Source: Eledone cirrhosa
Lineage: Eukaryota
Assembly: GCA_964016885.1 (NCBI GenBank)
Contig: OZ024743.1
Location: forward strand, 178,994,001 to 179,058,000
DNA length: 64,000 nucleotides
Direction of reading: 5' to 3'
The notes beneath the pieces were generated by a model, which saw nothing but the letters and a program-made list of their open reading frames with translations, did not search any database and was not told the origin of the DNA. Below are positions 26,462 through 39,100 of this stretch, in pieces. The first letter of the stretch is position 1, and the number at the start of each line of letters is the position of its first letter. A program made the translations under genes and the position numbers.

Positions 26462-29400
26462 TGTGGTGTGGTTGTTGGTGTTGTCAGTAGTGTGGTTGTT
26501 GGTGTTGTCAGTGGTGTGGTTGTTGGTGTTGTCTGTGGTGTGGTTGTTGGTGTTGTCAGTGCTGTGGTTGTTGGTGTTGTCAGTGGTGTGGATGTTGGTG
26601 TTGTCAGTAGTGTGGTTGTTGGTGTTGTCAGTGGTGTGGCTGTTGGTGTTGTCAGTGGTGTGGTTGTTGGTGTTGTCAGTGGTGTGATTGTTGGTGTTGT
26701 CTGTGGTGTGGTTGTTGGTGTTGTCAGTGGTGTGGTTGTTGGTGTTGTCAGTGGTGTGGTTGTTGGTGTTGTCAGTAGTGTGGTTGTTGGTGTTGTCAGT
26801 AGTGTGGTTGTTGGTGTTGTCTGTGGTGTGGTTGTTGGTGTTGTCAGTGGTGTGGTTGTTGGTGTTGTCAGTGGTGTGGTTGTTGGTGTTGTCAGTGGTG
26901 TGGTTGTTGGTGTTGTCAGTGGTGTGGTTGTTGGTGTTGTCAGTAGTGTGGTTGTTGGTGTTGTCAGTGTTGTGGTTGTTGGTGTTGTCAGTGGTGTGGT
27001 TGTTGGTGTTGTCAGTAGTGTGGTTGTTGGTGTTGTCAGTGGTGTGGTTGTTGGTGTTGTCAGTGGTGTGGTTGTTGGTGTTGTCTGTGGTGTGGTTGTT
27101 GGTGTTGTCAGTGGTGTGGTTGTTGGTGTTGTCAGTGGTGTGGCTGTTGGTGTTGTCAGTAGTGTGGTTGTTGGTGTTGTCTGTGGTGTGGTTGTTGGTG
27201 TTGTCAGTGGTGTGGTTGTTGGTGTTGTCAGTAGTGTGGTTGTTGGTGTTGTCAGTGGTGTGGTTGTTGGTGTTGTCAGTAGTGTGGTTGTTGGTGTTGT
27301 CAGTGGTGTGGTTGTTGGTGTTGGCAGTGGTGTTGTTGTTGGTGTTGTCAGTAGTGTGGTTGTTGGTGTTGTCAGTGGTGTGGTTGTTGGTGTTGTCAGT
27401 GGTGTGGTTGTTGGTGTTGTCAGTAGTGTGGTTGTTGGTGTTGTCAGTGGTGTGGTTGTTGGTGTTGTCAGTAGTGTGGTTGTTGGTGTTGACAGTGGTG
27501 TGGTTGTTCGTGTTGTCAGTGGTGTGGTTGTTGGTGTTGTCAGTGCTGTGGTTGTTGGTGTTGTCAGTAGTGTGGTTGTTGCTGTTGTCAGTAGTGTGTT
27601 TGTTGGTGTTGTCAGTGGTGTGGTTGTTGGTGTTGCCAGTGGTGTGGTTGTTGGTGTTGTCAGTAGTGTGGTTGTTGATGTTGTCAGTAGTGTGGTTGTT
27701 GGTGTTGTCAGTGGTGTGGTTGTTGGTGTTGTCTGTGGTGTGGTTGTTGGTGTTGTCAGTGGTGTGGTTGTTGGTGTTGTCAGTAGTGTGGTTGTTGGTG
27801 TTGTCAGTAGTGTGGTTGTTGGTGTTGTCAGTAGTGTGGTTGTTGGTGTTGTCAGTGGTGTGGTTGTTGGTGTTGTCAGTGGTGTGGTTGTTGGTGTTGT
27901 CAGTAGTGTGGTTGTTGGTGTTGTCAGTGGTGTGGTTGTTGGTGTTGTCAGTAGTGTGGCTGTTGGTGTTGTCAATGGTGTGGTTGTTGGTGTTGTCAGT
28001 GGTGTGGTTGTTGGTGTTGTCAGTGGTGTGGCTGTTGGTGTTGTCAGTAGTGTGGTTGTTGTTGTTGTCAGTAGTGTGGTTGTTGGTGTTGTCAGTGGTG
28101 TGGTTGTTGGTGTTGTCAGTGGTGTGGTTGTTGGTGTTGTCAGTAGTGTGGATGTTGGTGTTGTCAGTGGTGTGGTTGTTGGTGTTGTCAGTGGTGTGGT
28201 TGTTGGTGTTGTCAGTAGTGTGGTTGTTGGTGTTGTCAGTGGTGTGGTTGTTGGTGTTGACAGTGGTGTGGCTGTTGGTGTTGTCAGTGGTGTGGTTGTT
28301 GGTGTTGTCAGTGGTGTGGTTGTTGGTGTTGTCTGCGGTGTGGCTGTTGGTGTTGTCAGTGGTGTGGTTGTTGGTGTTGTCAGTAGTGTGGTTGTTGGTG
28401 TTGTCAGTGGTGTGGTTGTTGGTGTTGTCAGTAGTGTGGCTGTTGGTGTTGTCAATTGTGTGGTTGTTGGTGTTGTCAGTGGTGTGGTTGTTGGTGTTGT
28501 CAGTGGTGTGGCTGTTGGTGTTGTCAATGGTGTGGTTGTTGGTGTTGTCAGTGGTGTGGTTGTTGGTGTTGTCAGTGGTGTGGCTGTTGGTGTTGTCAGT
28601 GGTGTGGTTGTTGGTCTTGTCAGTGGTGTGATTGTTGGTGTTGTCTGTGGTGTGGTTGTTGGTGTTGTCAGTGGTGTGGTTGTTGGTGTTGTCAGTAGTG
28701 TGGTTGTTGGTGTTGTCAGTGGTGTGATTGTTGGTGTTGTCTGTGGTGTGGTTGTTGGTGTTGTCAGTGGTGTGGTTGTTGGTGTTGTCAGTGGTGTGGT
28801 TGTTGGTGTTGTCAGTGGTGTGATTGTTGGTGTTGTCTGTGGTGTGGTTGTTGGTGTTGTCAGTGGTGTGGTTGTTGGTGTTGTCAGTGGTGTGATTGTT
28901 GGTGTTGTCTGTGGTGTGGTTGTTGGTGTTGTCAGTGGTGTGGTTGTTGGTGTTGTCAGTGGTGTGGCTGTTGGTGTTGTCAGTAGTGTGGTTGTTGGTG
29001 TTGTCTGTGGTGTGGTTGTTGGTGTTGTCAGTAGTGTGGTTGTTGGTGTTGTCAGTGGTGTGGTTGTTGGTGTTGTCTGTGGTGTGGTTGTTGGTGTTGT
29101 CAGTGCTGTGGTTGTTGGTGTTGTCAGTGGTGTGGATGTTGGTGTTGTCAGTAGTGTGGTTGTTGGTGTTGTCAGTGGTGTGGCTGTTGGTGTTGTCAGT
29201 GGTGTGGTTGTTGGTGTTGTCAGTGGTGTGATTGTTGGTGTTGTCTGTGGTGTGGTTGTTGGTGTTGTCAGTGGTGTGGTTGTTGGTGTTGTCAGTGGTG
29301 TGGTTGTTGGTGTTGTCAGTAGTGTGGTTGTTGGTGTTGTCAGTAGTGTGGTTGTTGGTGTTGTCTGTGGTGTGGTTGTTGGTGTTGTCAGTGGTGTGGT

Positions 29401-32200
29401 TGTTGGTGTTGTCAGTGGTGTGGTTGTTGGTGTTGTCAGTGGTGTGGTTGTTGGTGTTGTCAGTGGTGTGGTTGTTGGTGTTGTCAGTAGTGTGGTTGTT
29501 GGTGTTGTCAGTGTTGTGGTTGTTGGTGTTGTCAGTGGTGTGGTTGTTGGTGTTGTCAGTAGTGTGGTTGTTGGTGTTGTCAGTGGTGTGGTTGTTGGTG
29601 TTGTCAGTGGTGTGGTTGTTGGTGTTGTCTGTGGTGTGGTTGTTGGTGTTGTCAGTGGTGTGGTTGTTGGTGTTGTCAGTGGTGTGGCTGTTGGTGTTGT
29701 CAGTAGTGTGGTTGTTGGTGTTGTCTGTGGTGTGGTTGTTGGTGTTGTCAGTGGTGTGGTTGTTGGTGTTGTCAGTAGTGTGGTTGTTGGTGTTGTCAGT
29801 GGTGTGGTTGTTGGTGTTGTCAGTAGTGTGGTTGTTGGTGTTGTCAGTGGTGTGGTTGTTGGTGTTGGCAGTGGTGTTGTTGTTGGTGTTGTCAGTAGTG
29901 TGGTTGTTGGTGTTGTCAGTGGTGTGGTTGTTGGTGTTGTCAGTGGTGTGGTTGTTGGTGTTGTCAGTAGTGTGGTTGTTGGTGTTGTCAGTGGTGTGGT
30001 TGTTGGTGTTGTCAGTAGTGTGGTTGTTGGTGTTGACAGTGGTGTGGTTGTTCGTGTTGTCAGTGGTGTGGTTGTTGGTGTTGTCAGTGCTGTGGTTGTT
30101 GGTGTTGTCAGTAGTGTGGTTGTTGCTGTTGTCAGTAGTGTGTTTGTTGGTGTTGTCAGTGGTGTGGTTGTTGGTGTTGCCAGTGGTGTGGTTGTTGGTG
30201 TTGTCAGTAGTGTGGTTGTTGATGTTGTCAGTAGTGTGGTTGTTGGTGTTGTCAGTGGTGTGGTTGTTGGTGTTGTCTGTGGTGTGGTTGTTGGTGTTGT
30301 CAGTGGTGTGGTTGTTGGTGTTGTCAGTAGTGTGGTTGTTGGTGTTGTCAGTAGTGTGGTTGTTGGTGTTGTCAGTAGTGTGGTTGTTGGTGTTGTCAGT
30401 GGTGTGGTTGTTGGTGTTGTCAGTGGTGTGGTTGTTGGTGTTGTCAGTAGTGTGGTTGTTGGTGTTGTCAGTGGTGTGGTTGTTGGTGTTGTCAGTAGTG
30501 TGGCTGTTGGTGTTGTCAATGGTGTGGTTGTTGGTGTTGTCAGTGGTGTGGTTGTTGGTGTTGTCAGTGGTGTGGCTGTTGGTGTTGTCAGTAGTGTGGT
30601 TGTTGGTGTTGTCAGTAGTGTGGTTGTTGGTGTTGTCAGTGGTGTGGTTGTTGGTGTTGTCAGTGGTGTGGTTGTTGGTGTTGTCAGTAGTGTGGATGTT
30701 GGTGTTGTCAGTGGTGTGGTTGTTGGTGTTGTCAGTGGTGTGGTTGTTGGTGTTGTCAGTAGTGTGGTTGTTGGTGTTGTCAGTGGTGTGGTTGTTGGTG
30801 TTGACAGTGGTGTGGCTGTTGGTGTTGTCAGTGGTGTGGTTGTTGGTGTTGTCAGTGGTGTGGTTGTTGGTGTTGTCTGTGGTGTGGCTGTTGGTGTTGT
30901 CAGTGGTGTGGTTGTTGGTGTTGTCAGTAGTGTGGTTGTTGGTGTTGTCAGTGGTGTGGTTGTTGGTGTTGTCAGTAGTGTGGCTGTTGGTGTTGTCAAT
31001 TGTGTGGTTGTTGGTGTTGTCAGTGGTGTGGTTGTTGGTGTTGTCAGTGGTGTGGCTGTTGGTGTTGTCAATGGTGTGGTTGTTGGTGTTGTCAGTGGTG
31101 TGGTTGTTGGTGTTGTCAGTGGTGTGGCTGTTGGTGTTGTCAGTGGTGTGGTTGTTGGTCTTGTCAGTGGTGTGATTGTTGGTGTTGTCTGTGGTGTGGT
31201 TGTTGGTGTTGTCAGTGGTGTGGTTGTTGGTGTTGTCAGTAGTGTGGTTGTTGGTGTTGTCAGTGGTGTGATTGTTGGTGTTGTCTGTGGTGTGGTTGTT
31301 GGTGTTGTCAGTGGTGTGGTTGTTGGTGTTGTCAGTGGTGTGGTTGTTGGTGTTGTCAGTGGTGTGATTGTTGGTGTTGTCTGTGGTGTGGTTGTTGGTG
31401 TTGTCAGTGGTGTGGTTGTTGGTGTTGTCAGTGGTGTGGCTGTTGGTGTTGTCAGTAGTGTGGTTGTTGGTGTTGTCTGTGGTGTGGTTGTTGGTGTTGT
31501 CAGTAGTGTGGTTGTTGGTGTTGTCAGTGGTGTGGTTGTTGGTGTTGTCTGTGGTGTGGTTGTTGGTGTTGTCAGTGCTGTGGTTGTTGGTGTTGTCAGT
31601 GGTGTGGATGTTGGTGTTGTCAGTAGTGTGGTTGTTGGTGTTGTCAGTGGTGTGGCTGTTGGTGTTGTCAGTGGTGTGGTTGTTGGTGTTGTCAGTGGTG
31701 TGATTGTTGGTGTTGTCTGTGGTGTGGTTGTTGGTGTTGTCAGTGGTGTGGTTGTTGGTGTTGTCAGTGGTGTGGTTGTTGGTGTTGTCAGTAGTGTGGT
31801 TGTTGGTGTTGTCAGTAGTGTGGTTGATGGTGTTGTCTGTGGTGTGGTTGTTGGTGTTGTCAGTGGTGTGGTTGTTGGTGTTGTCAGTGGTGTGGTTGTT
31901 GGTGTTGTCAGTGGTGTGGTTGTTGGTGTTGTCAGTGGTGTGGTTGTTGGTGTTGTCAGTAGTGTGGTTGTTGGTGTTGTCAGTGTTGTGGTTGTTGGTG
32001 TTGTCAGTGGTGTGGTTGTTGGTGTTGTCAGTAGTGTGGTTGTTGGTGTTGTCAGTGGTGTGGTTGTTGGTGTTGTCAGTGGTGTGGTTGTTGGTGTTGT
32101 CTGTGGTGTGGTTGTTGGTGTTGTCAGTGGTGTGGTTGTTGGTGTTGTCAGTGGTGTGGCTGTTGGTGTTGTCAGTAGTGTGGTTGTTGGTGTTGTCTGT
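24800..32200. repeat. ~2.5 kb higher-order repeat, about three copies (offsets 2472 and 2544 bp); boundaries approximate
   Basis: Identical 80-aa ORFs at 25984/28456/31000 and 111-aa ORFs at 26352/28896/31368. Confidence 0.88.
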
Positions 32201-34420
32201 GGTGTGGTTGTTGGTGTTGTCAGTGGTGTGGCTGTTGGTGTTGTCAGTGGTGTGGTTGTTGGTGTTGTCAGTGGTGTGGCTGTTGGTGTTGTCAGTGGTG
32301 TGGTTGTTGGTGTTGTCTGTGGTGTGGTTGTTGGTGTTGTCAGTGGTGTGGTTGTTGGTGTTGTCAGTGGTGTGGTTGTTGGTGTTGTCAGTGGTGTGGT
32401 TGTTGGTGTTGTCTGTGGTGTGGTTGTTGGTGTTGTCAGTGGTGTGGTTGTTGCTGTTGTCAGTGCTGTGGTTGTTGGTGTTGTCAGTAGTCTGGTTGTT
32501 GGTGTTGTCAGTGGTGTGGTTGTTGGTGTTGTCAGTGGTGTGGTTGTTGGTGTAGTCAGTAGTGTGGTTGATGGTGTTGTCTGTGGTGTGGTTGTTGGTG
32601 TTGTCAGTAGTGTGGTTGTTGGTGTTGTCAGTGGTGTGGCTGTTGGTGTTGTCAGTGGTGTGGTTGTTGGTGTTGTCTGTGGTGTGGTTGTTGGTGTTGT
32701 CAGTGGTGTGGTTGTTGGTGTTGTCAGTGGTGTGGTTGTTGGTGTTGTCAGTGGTGTGGTTGTTGGTGTTGTCTGTGGTGTGGTTGTTGGTGTTGTCAGT
32801 GGTGTGGTTGTTGGTGTTGTCAGTAGTGTGGTTGTTGGTGTTGTCAGTGGTGTGATTGTTGGTGTTGTCTGTGGTGTGGTTGTTGGTGTTGTCAGTGGTG
32901 TGGTTGTTGGTGTTGTCAGTGGTGTGGTTGTTGGTGTTGTCAGTGGTGTGATTGTTGGTGTTGTCTGTGGTGTGGTTGTTGGTGTTGTCTGTGGTGTGGT
33001 TGTTGGTGTTGTCAGTAGTGTGGTTGTTGGTGTTGTCAGTGGTGTGGTTGTTGGTGTTGTCAGTGGTGTGATTGTTGGTGTTGTCTGTGGTGTGGTTGTT
33101 GGTGTTGTCAGTGGTGTGGTTGTTGGTGTTGTCAGTGGTGTGGTTGTTGGTGTTGTCAGTGGTGTGATTGTTGGTGTTGTCTGTGGTGTGGTTGTTGGTG
33201 TTGTCTGTGGTGTGGTTGTTGGTGTTGTCAGTAGTGTGGTTGTTGGTGTTGTCAGTGGTGTGGTTGTTGGTGTTGTCAGTGGTGTGGTTGTTGGTGTTGT
33301 CTGTGGTGTGGTTGTTGGTGTTGTCAGTGGTGTGGTTGTTGGTGTTGTCAGTGGTGTGGCTGTTGGTGTTGTCAGTAGTGTGGTTGTTGGTGTTGTCTGT
33401 GGTGTGGTTGTTGGTGTTGTCAGTGGTGTGGCTGTTGGTGTTGTCAGTGGTGTGGTTGTTGGTGTTGTCAGTGGTGTGGCTGTTGGTGTTGTCAGTGGTG
33501 TGGTTGTTGGTGTTGTCTGTGGTGTGGTTGTTGGTGTTGTCAGTGGTGTGGTTGTTGGTGTTGTCAGTGGTGTGGTTGTTGGTGTTGTCAGTGGTGTGGT
33601 TGTTGGTGTTGTCTGTGGTGTGGTTGTTGGTGTTGTCAGTGGTGTGGTTGTTGCTGTTGTCAGTGCTGTGGTTGTTGGTGTTGTCAGTAGTCTGGTTGTT
33701 GGTGTTGTCAGTGGTGTGGTTGTTGGTGTTGTCAGTGGTGTGGTTGTTGGTGTAGTCAGTAGTGTGGTTGATGGTGTTGTCTGTGGTGTGGTTGTTGGTG
33801 TTGTCAGTAGTGTGGTTGTTGGTGTTGTCAGTGGTGTGGCTGTTGGTGTTGTCAGTGGTGTGGTTGTTGGTGTTGTCTGTGGTGTGGTTGTTGGTGTTGT
33901 CAGTGGTGTGGTTGTTGGTGTTGTCAGTGGTGTGGTTGTTGGTGTTGTCAGTGGTGTGGTTGTTGGTGTTGTCTGTGGTGTGGTTGTTGGTGTTGTCAGT
34001 GGTGTGGTTGTTGGTGTTGTCAGTAGTGTGGTTGTTGGTGTTGTCAGTGGTGTGATTGTTGGTGTTGTCTGTGGTGTGGTTGTTGGTGTTGTCAGTGGTG
34101 TGGTTGTTGGTGTTGTCAGTGGTGTGGTTGTTGGTGTTGTCAGTGGTGTGATTGTTGGTGTTGTCTGTGGTGTGGTTGTTGGTGTTGTCTGTGGTGTGGT
34201 TGTTGGTGTTGTCAGTAGTGTGGTTGTTGGTGTTGTCAGTGGTGTGGTTGTTGGTGTTGTCAGTGGTGTGATTGTTGGTGTTGTCTGTGGTGTGGTTGTT
34301 GGTGTTGTCAGTGGTGTGGTTGTTGGTGTTGTCAGTGGTGTGGTTGTTGGTGTTGTCAGTGGTGTGATTGTTGGTGTTGTCTGTGGTGTGGTTGTTGGTG
34401 TTGTCTGTGGTGTGGTTGTT
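32030..34420. repeat. 1200-bp (50-monomer) tandem higher-order duplication; boundaries approximate
   Basis: agtagtCtgg and ggtgtAgtc at ~32492/32554 recur at ~33692/33754. ORFs 32562 and 33762 are identical. Confidence 0.88.
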
Positions 34421-36199
34421 GGTGTTGTCAGTGGTGTGGTTGTTGGTGTTGTCAGTGGTGTGGCTGTTGGTATTGTCAGTAGTGTGGTTGTTGGTGTTGT
34501 CTGTGGTGTGGTTGTTGGTGTTGTCAGTAGTGTGGTTGTTGGTGTTGTCAGTGGTGTGGTTGTTGGCGTTGTCTGTGGTGTGGTTGTTGGTGTTGTCAGT
34601 GCTGTGGTTGTTGGTGTTGTCAGTGGTGTGGATGTTGGTGTTGTCAGTAGTGTGGTTGTTGGTGTTGTCAGTGGTGTGGCTGTTGGTGTTGTCAGTGGTG
34701 TGGTTGTTGGTGTTGTCAGTGGTGTGATTGTTGGTGTTGTCTGTGGTGTGGTTGTTGGTGTTGTCAGTGGTGTGGTTGTTGGTGTTGTCAGTAGTGTGGT
34801 TGTTGGTGTTGTCAGTGGTGTGGTTGTTGGTGTTGTCAGTGGTGTGGTTGTTGGTGTTGTCTGTGGTGTGGTTGTTGGTGTTGTCAGTGGTGTGGTTGTT
34901 GGTGTTGTCAGTGGTGTGGCTGTTGGTGTTGTCAGTAGTGTGGTTGTTGGTGTTGTCTGTGGTGTGGTTGTTGGTGTTGTCAGTAGTGTGGTTGTTGGTG
35001 TTGTCAGTGGTGTGGCTGTTGGTGTTGTCAGTGGTGTGGTTGTTGGTGTTGTCTGTGGTGTGGTTGTTGGTGTTGTCAGTGGTGTGGTTGTTGGTGTTGT
35101 CAGTGGTGTGGTTGTTGGTGTTGTCAGTGGTGTGGTTGTTGGTGTTGTCTGTGGTGTGGTTGTTGGTGTTGTCAGTGGTGTGGTTGTTGGTGTTGACAGT
35201 GGTGTGGTTGTTGGTGTTGTCAGTGGTGTGGTTGTTGGTGTTGTCAGTGGTGTGGTTGTTGGTGTTGTCTGAGGTGTGGTTGTTGGTGTTGTCAGTGGTG
35301 TTGTTGTTGGTGTTGTCAGTGGTGTGGTTGTTGGTGTTGTCAGTGGTGTGGTTGTTGGTGTTGTCAGTGGTGTGGTTGTTGGTGTTGTCAGTAGTGTGGT
35401 TGTTGCTGTTGTCAGTGGTGTGGTTGTTGGTGTTGTCAGTAGTGTGGTTGTTGGTGTTGTTAGTGGTGTGGTTGTTGGTGTTGTCAGTAGTGTGGTTGTT
35501 GGTGTTGACAGTGGTGTGGTTGTTGGTGTTGTCAGTGGTGTGGTTGTTGGTGTTGTCAGTGGTGTGGTTGTTGGTGTTGTCAGTAGTGTGGTTGTTGGTG
35601 TTGTCAGTGGTGTGGTTGTTGGTGTTGTCAGTGGTGTGGTTGTTGGTGTTGACAGTGGTGTGGTTGTTGGTGTTGTCAGTAGTGTGGTTGTTGTTGTTGT
35701 CAGTGGTGTTGTTGTTGGTGTTGTCAGTAGTGTGGTTGTTGGTGTTGTCAGTGGTGTGGTTGTTGGTGTTGTCAGTGGTGTGGTTGTTGGTGTTGTCAGT
35801 GGTGTGGTTGTTGGTGTTGTCAGTAGTGTGGCTGTTGGTGTTGTCAGTGGTGTGGTTGTTGGTTTTGTCTGTGGTGTGGTTGTTGGTGTTGTCAGTGGTG
35901 TGGTTGTTGGTGTTGTCAGTGGTGTGGTTGTTGGTGTTGGCAGTGGTGTTGTTGTTGGTGTTGACAGTGGTGTGGTTGTTGGTGTTGTCAGTGGTGTGGT
36001 TGTTGGTGTTGTCAGTGGTGTGCTTGTTGGTGTTGTCTGTGGTGTGGTTGTTGGTGTTGTCAGTGGTGTTGTTGTTGGTGTTGACAGTGGTGTGGTTGTT
36101 GGTGTTGTCAGTGGTGTGGTTGTTGGTGTTGTCAGTGGTGTGGTTGTTGGTGTTGTCTGAGGTGTGGTTGTTGGTGTTGTCAGTGGTGTTGTTGTTGGT

Positions 36200-39100
36200 G
36201 TTGCCAGTGGTGTGGTTGTTGGTGTTGTCAGTGGTGTGGTTGTTGGTGTTGTCAGTGGTGTGGTTGTTGGTGTTGTCAGTGGTGTGGTTGTTGGTGTTGT
36301 CAGTGGTGTGGTTGTTGGTGTTGTCAGTTGTGTGGCTGTTGGTGTTGTCAATGGTGTGGTTGTTGGTGTTGTCAGTGGTGTGGTTGTTGGTGTTGTCAGT
36401 GGTGTGGCTGTTGGTGTTGTCAGTAGTGTGGTTGTTGGTGTTGTCTGTGGTGTGGTTGTTGGTGTTGTCAGTGGTGTGGTTGTTGGTGTTGTCAGTGGTG
36501 TGGATGTTGTGTTGTCAGTGGTGTGGTTGTTGGTGTTGTCAGTAGTGTGGTTGTTGGTGTTGTCAGTGGTGTGGTTGTTGGTGTTGTCAGTAGTGTGGTT
36601 GTTGGTGTTGTTGGTAGTGTGGTTGTTGGTGTTGTCAGTGGTGTGGTTGTTGGTGTTGTCTGTGGTGTGGTTGTTGGTGTTGTCAGTGGTGTGGTTGTTG
36701 GTGTTGTCAGTGGTGTGGTTGTTGGTGTTGTCAGTGGTGTGGTTGTTGGTGTTGTCAGTGGTGTGGTTGTTGGTGTTGCCAGTGGTGTGGTTGTTGGTGT
36801 TGACAGTGGTGTGGCTGTTGGTGTTGTCAGTGGTGTGGTTGTTGGTGTTGTCAGTGGTGTGGTTGTTGGTGTTGTCTGTGGTGTGGCTGTTGGTGTTGTC
36901 AGTGGTGTGGTTGTTGGTGTTGTCAGTAGTGTGGTTGTTGGTGTTGTCAGTGGTGTGATTGTTGGTGTTGTCAGTGGTGTGGCTGTTGGTATTGTCAATG
37001 GTGTGGTTGTTGGTGTTGTCAGTGGTGTGGTTGTTGGTGTTGTCAGTGGTGTGGCTGTTGGTGTTGTCAGTAGTGTGGTTGTTGGTGTTGTCAGTGGTGT
37101 GGTTGTTGGTGTTGTCAGTGGTGTGGATGTTGGTGTTGTCAGTAGTGTGGTTGTTGGTGTTGTCAGTGGTGTGGTTGTTGGTGTTGTCTGTGGTGTGGTT
37201 GTTGGTGTTGTCAGTGGTGTGGTTGTTGGTGTTGTCAGTGGTGTGGTTGTTGGTGTTGTCAGTAGTGTGGTTGTTGGTGTTGTCAGTGGTGTGGTTGTTG
37301 CTGTTGTCAGTTTTGTGGTTGTTGGTGTTGTCTGTGGTGTGGTTGTTGGTGTTGTCTGTGGTGTGGTTGTTGGTGTTGTCAGTAGTGTGGTTGTTGGTGT
37401 TGTCAGTGGTGTGGTTGTTGGTGTTGTCTGTGGTGTGGTTGTTGGTGTTGTCAGTAGTGTGGTTGTTGGTGTTGTCTGTGGTGTGGTTGTTGGTGTTGTC
37501 TGTGGTGTGGTTGTTGGTGTTGTCAGTAGTGTGGTTGTTGGTGTTGTCTGTGGTGTGGTTGTTGGTGTTGTCAGTGGTGTGGTTGTTGGTGTTGTCAGTG
37601 GTGTGGTTGTTGGTGTTGTCAGTGGTGTGGTTGTTGGTGTTGTCAGTGGTGTGGTTGTTGGTGTTGTCAGTAGTGTGGTTGTTGGTGTTGTCAGTGGTGT
37701 GGTTGTTGGTGTTGTCAGTGGTGTGGTTGTTGGTGTTGTCAGTAGTGTGGTTGTTGGTGTTGTCAGTGGTGTGGTTGTTGGTGTTGTCAGTGGTGTGGTT
37801 GTTGGTGTTGTCTGTGGTGTGGTTGTTGGTGTTGTCAGTGGTGTGGTTGTTGGTGTTGTCAGTGGTGTGGCTGTTGGTGTTGTCAGTAGTGTGGTTGTTG
37901 GTGTTGTCTGTGGTGTGGTTGTTGGTGTTGTCAGTAGTGTGGTTGGTGGTGTTGTCAGTGGTGTGGCTGTTGGTGTTGTCAGTGGTGTGGTTGTTGGTGT
38001 TGTCTGTGGTGTGGTTGTTGGTGTTGTCAGTGGTGTGGTTGTTGGTGTTGTCAGTGGTGTGGTTGTTGGTGTTGTCAGTGGTGTGGTTGTTGGTGTTGTC
38101 TGTGGTGTGGTTGTTGGTGTTGTCAGTGGTGTGGTTGTTGGTGTTGACAGTGGTGTGGTTGTTGGTGTTGTCAGTGGTGTTGTTGTTGGTGTTGTCAGTG
38201 GTGTGGTTGTTGGTGTTGTCAGTGGTGTGGTTGTTGGTGTTGTCAGTGGTGTGGTTGTTGGTGTTGTCAGTGGTGTGGTTGTTGGTGTTGTCAGTGGTGT
38301 GGTTGTTGGTGTTGTCAGTTGTGTGGCTGTTGGTGTTGTCAATGGTGTGGTTGTTGGTGTTGTCAGTGGTGTGGTTGTTGGTGTTGTCAGTGGTGTGGCT
38401 GTTGGTGTTGTCAGTAGTGTGGTTGTTGGTGTTGTCTGTGGTGTGGTTGTTGGTGTTGTCAGTGGTGTGGTTGTTGGTGTTGTCAGTGGTGTGGATGTTG
38501 TGTTGTCAGTGGTGTGGTTGTTGGTGTTGTCAGTAGTGTGGTTGTTGGTGTTGTCAGTGGTGTGGTTGTTGGTGTTGTCAGTAGTGTGGTTGTTGGTGTT
38601 GTTGGTAGTGTGGTTGTTGGTGTTGTCAGTGGTGTGGTTGTTGGTGTTGTCTGTGGTGTGGTTGTTGGTGTTCTCAGTGGTGTGGTTGTTGGTGTTGTCA
38701 GTGGTGTGGTTGTTGGTGTTGTCAGTGGTGTGGTTGTTGGTGTTGTCAGTGGTGTGGTTGTTGGTGTTGCCAGTGGTGTGGTTGTTGGTGTTGACAGTGG
38801 TGTGGCTGTTGGTGTTGTCAGTGGTGTGGTTGTTGGTGTTGTCAGTGGTGTGGTTGTTGGTGTTGTCTGTGGTGTGGCTGTTGGTGTTGTCAGTGGTGTG
38901 GTTGTTGGTGTTGTCAGTAGTGTGGTTGTTGGTGTTGTCAGTGGTGTGATTGTTGGTGTTGTCAGTGGTGTGGCTGTTGGTATTGTCAATGGTGTGGTTG
39001 TTGGTGTTGTCAGTGGTGTGGTTGTTGGTGTTGTCAGTGGTGTGGCTGTTGGTGTTGTCAGTAGTGTGGTTGTTGGTGTTGTCAGTGGTGTGGTTGTTGG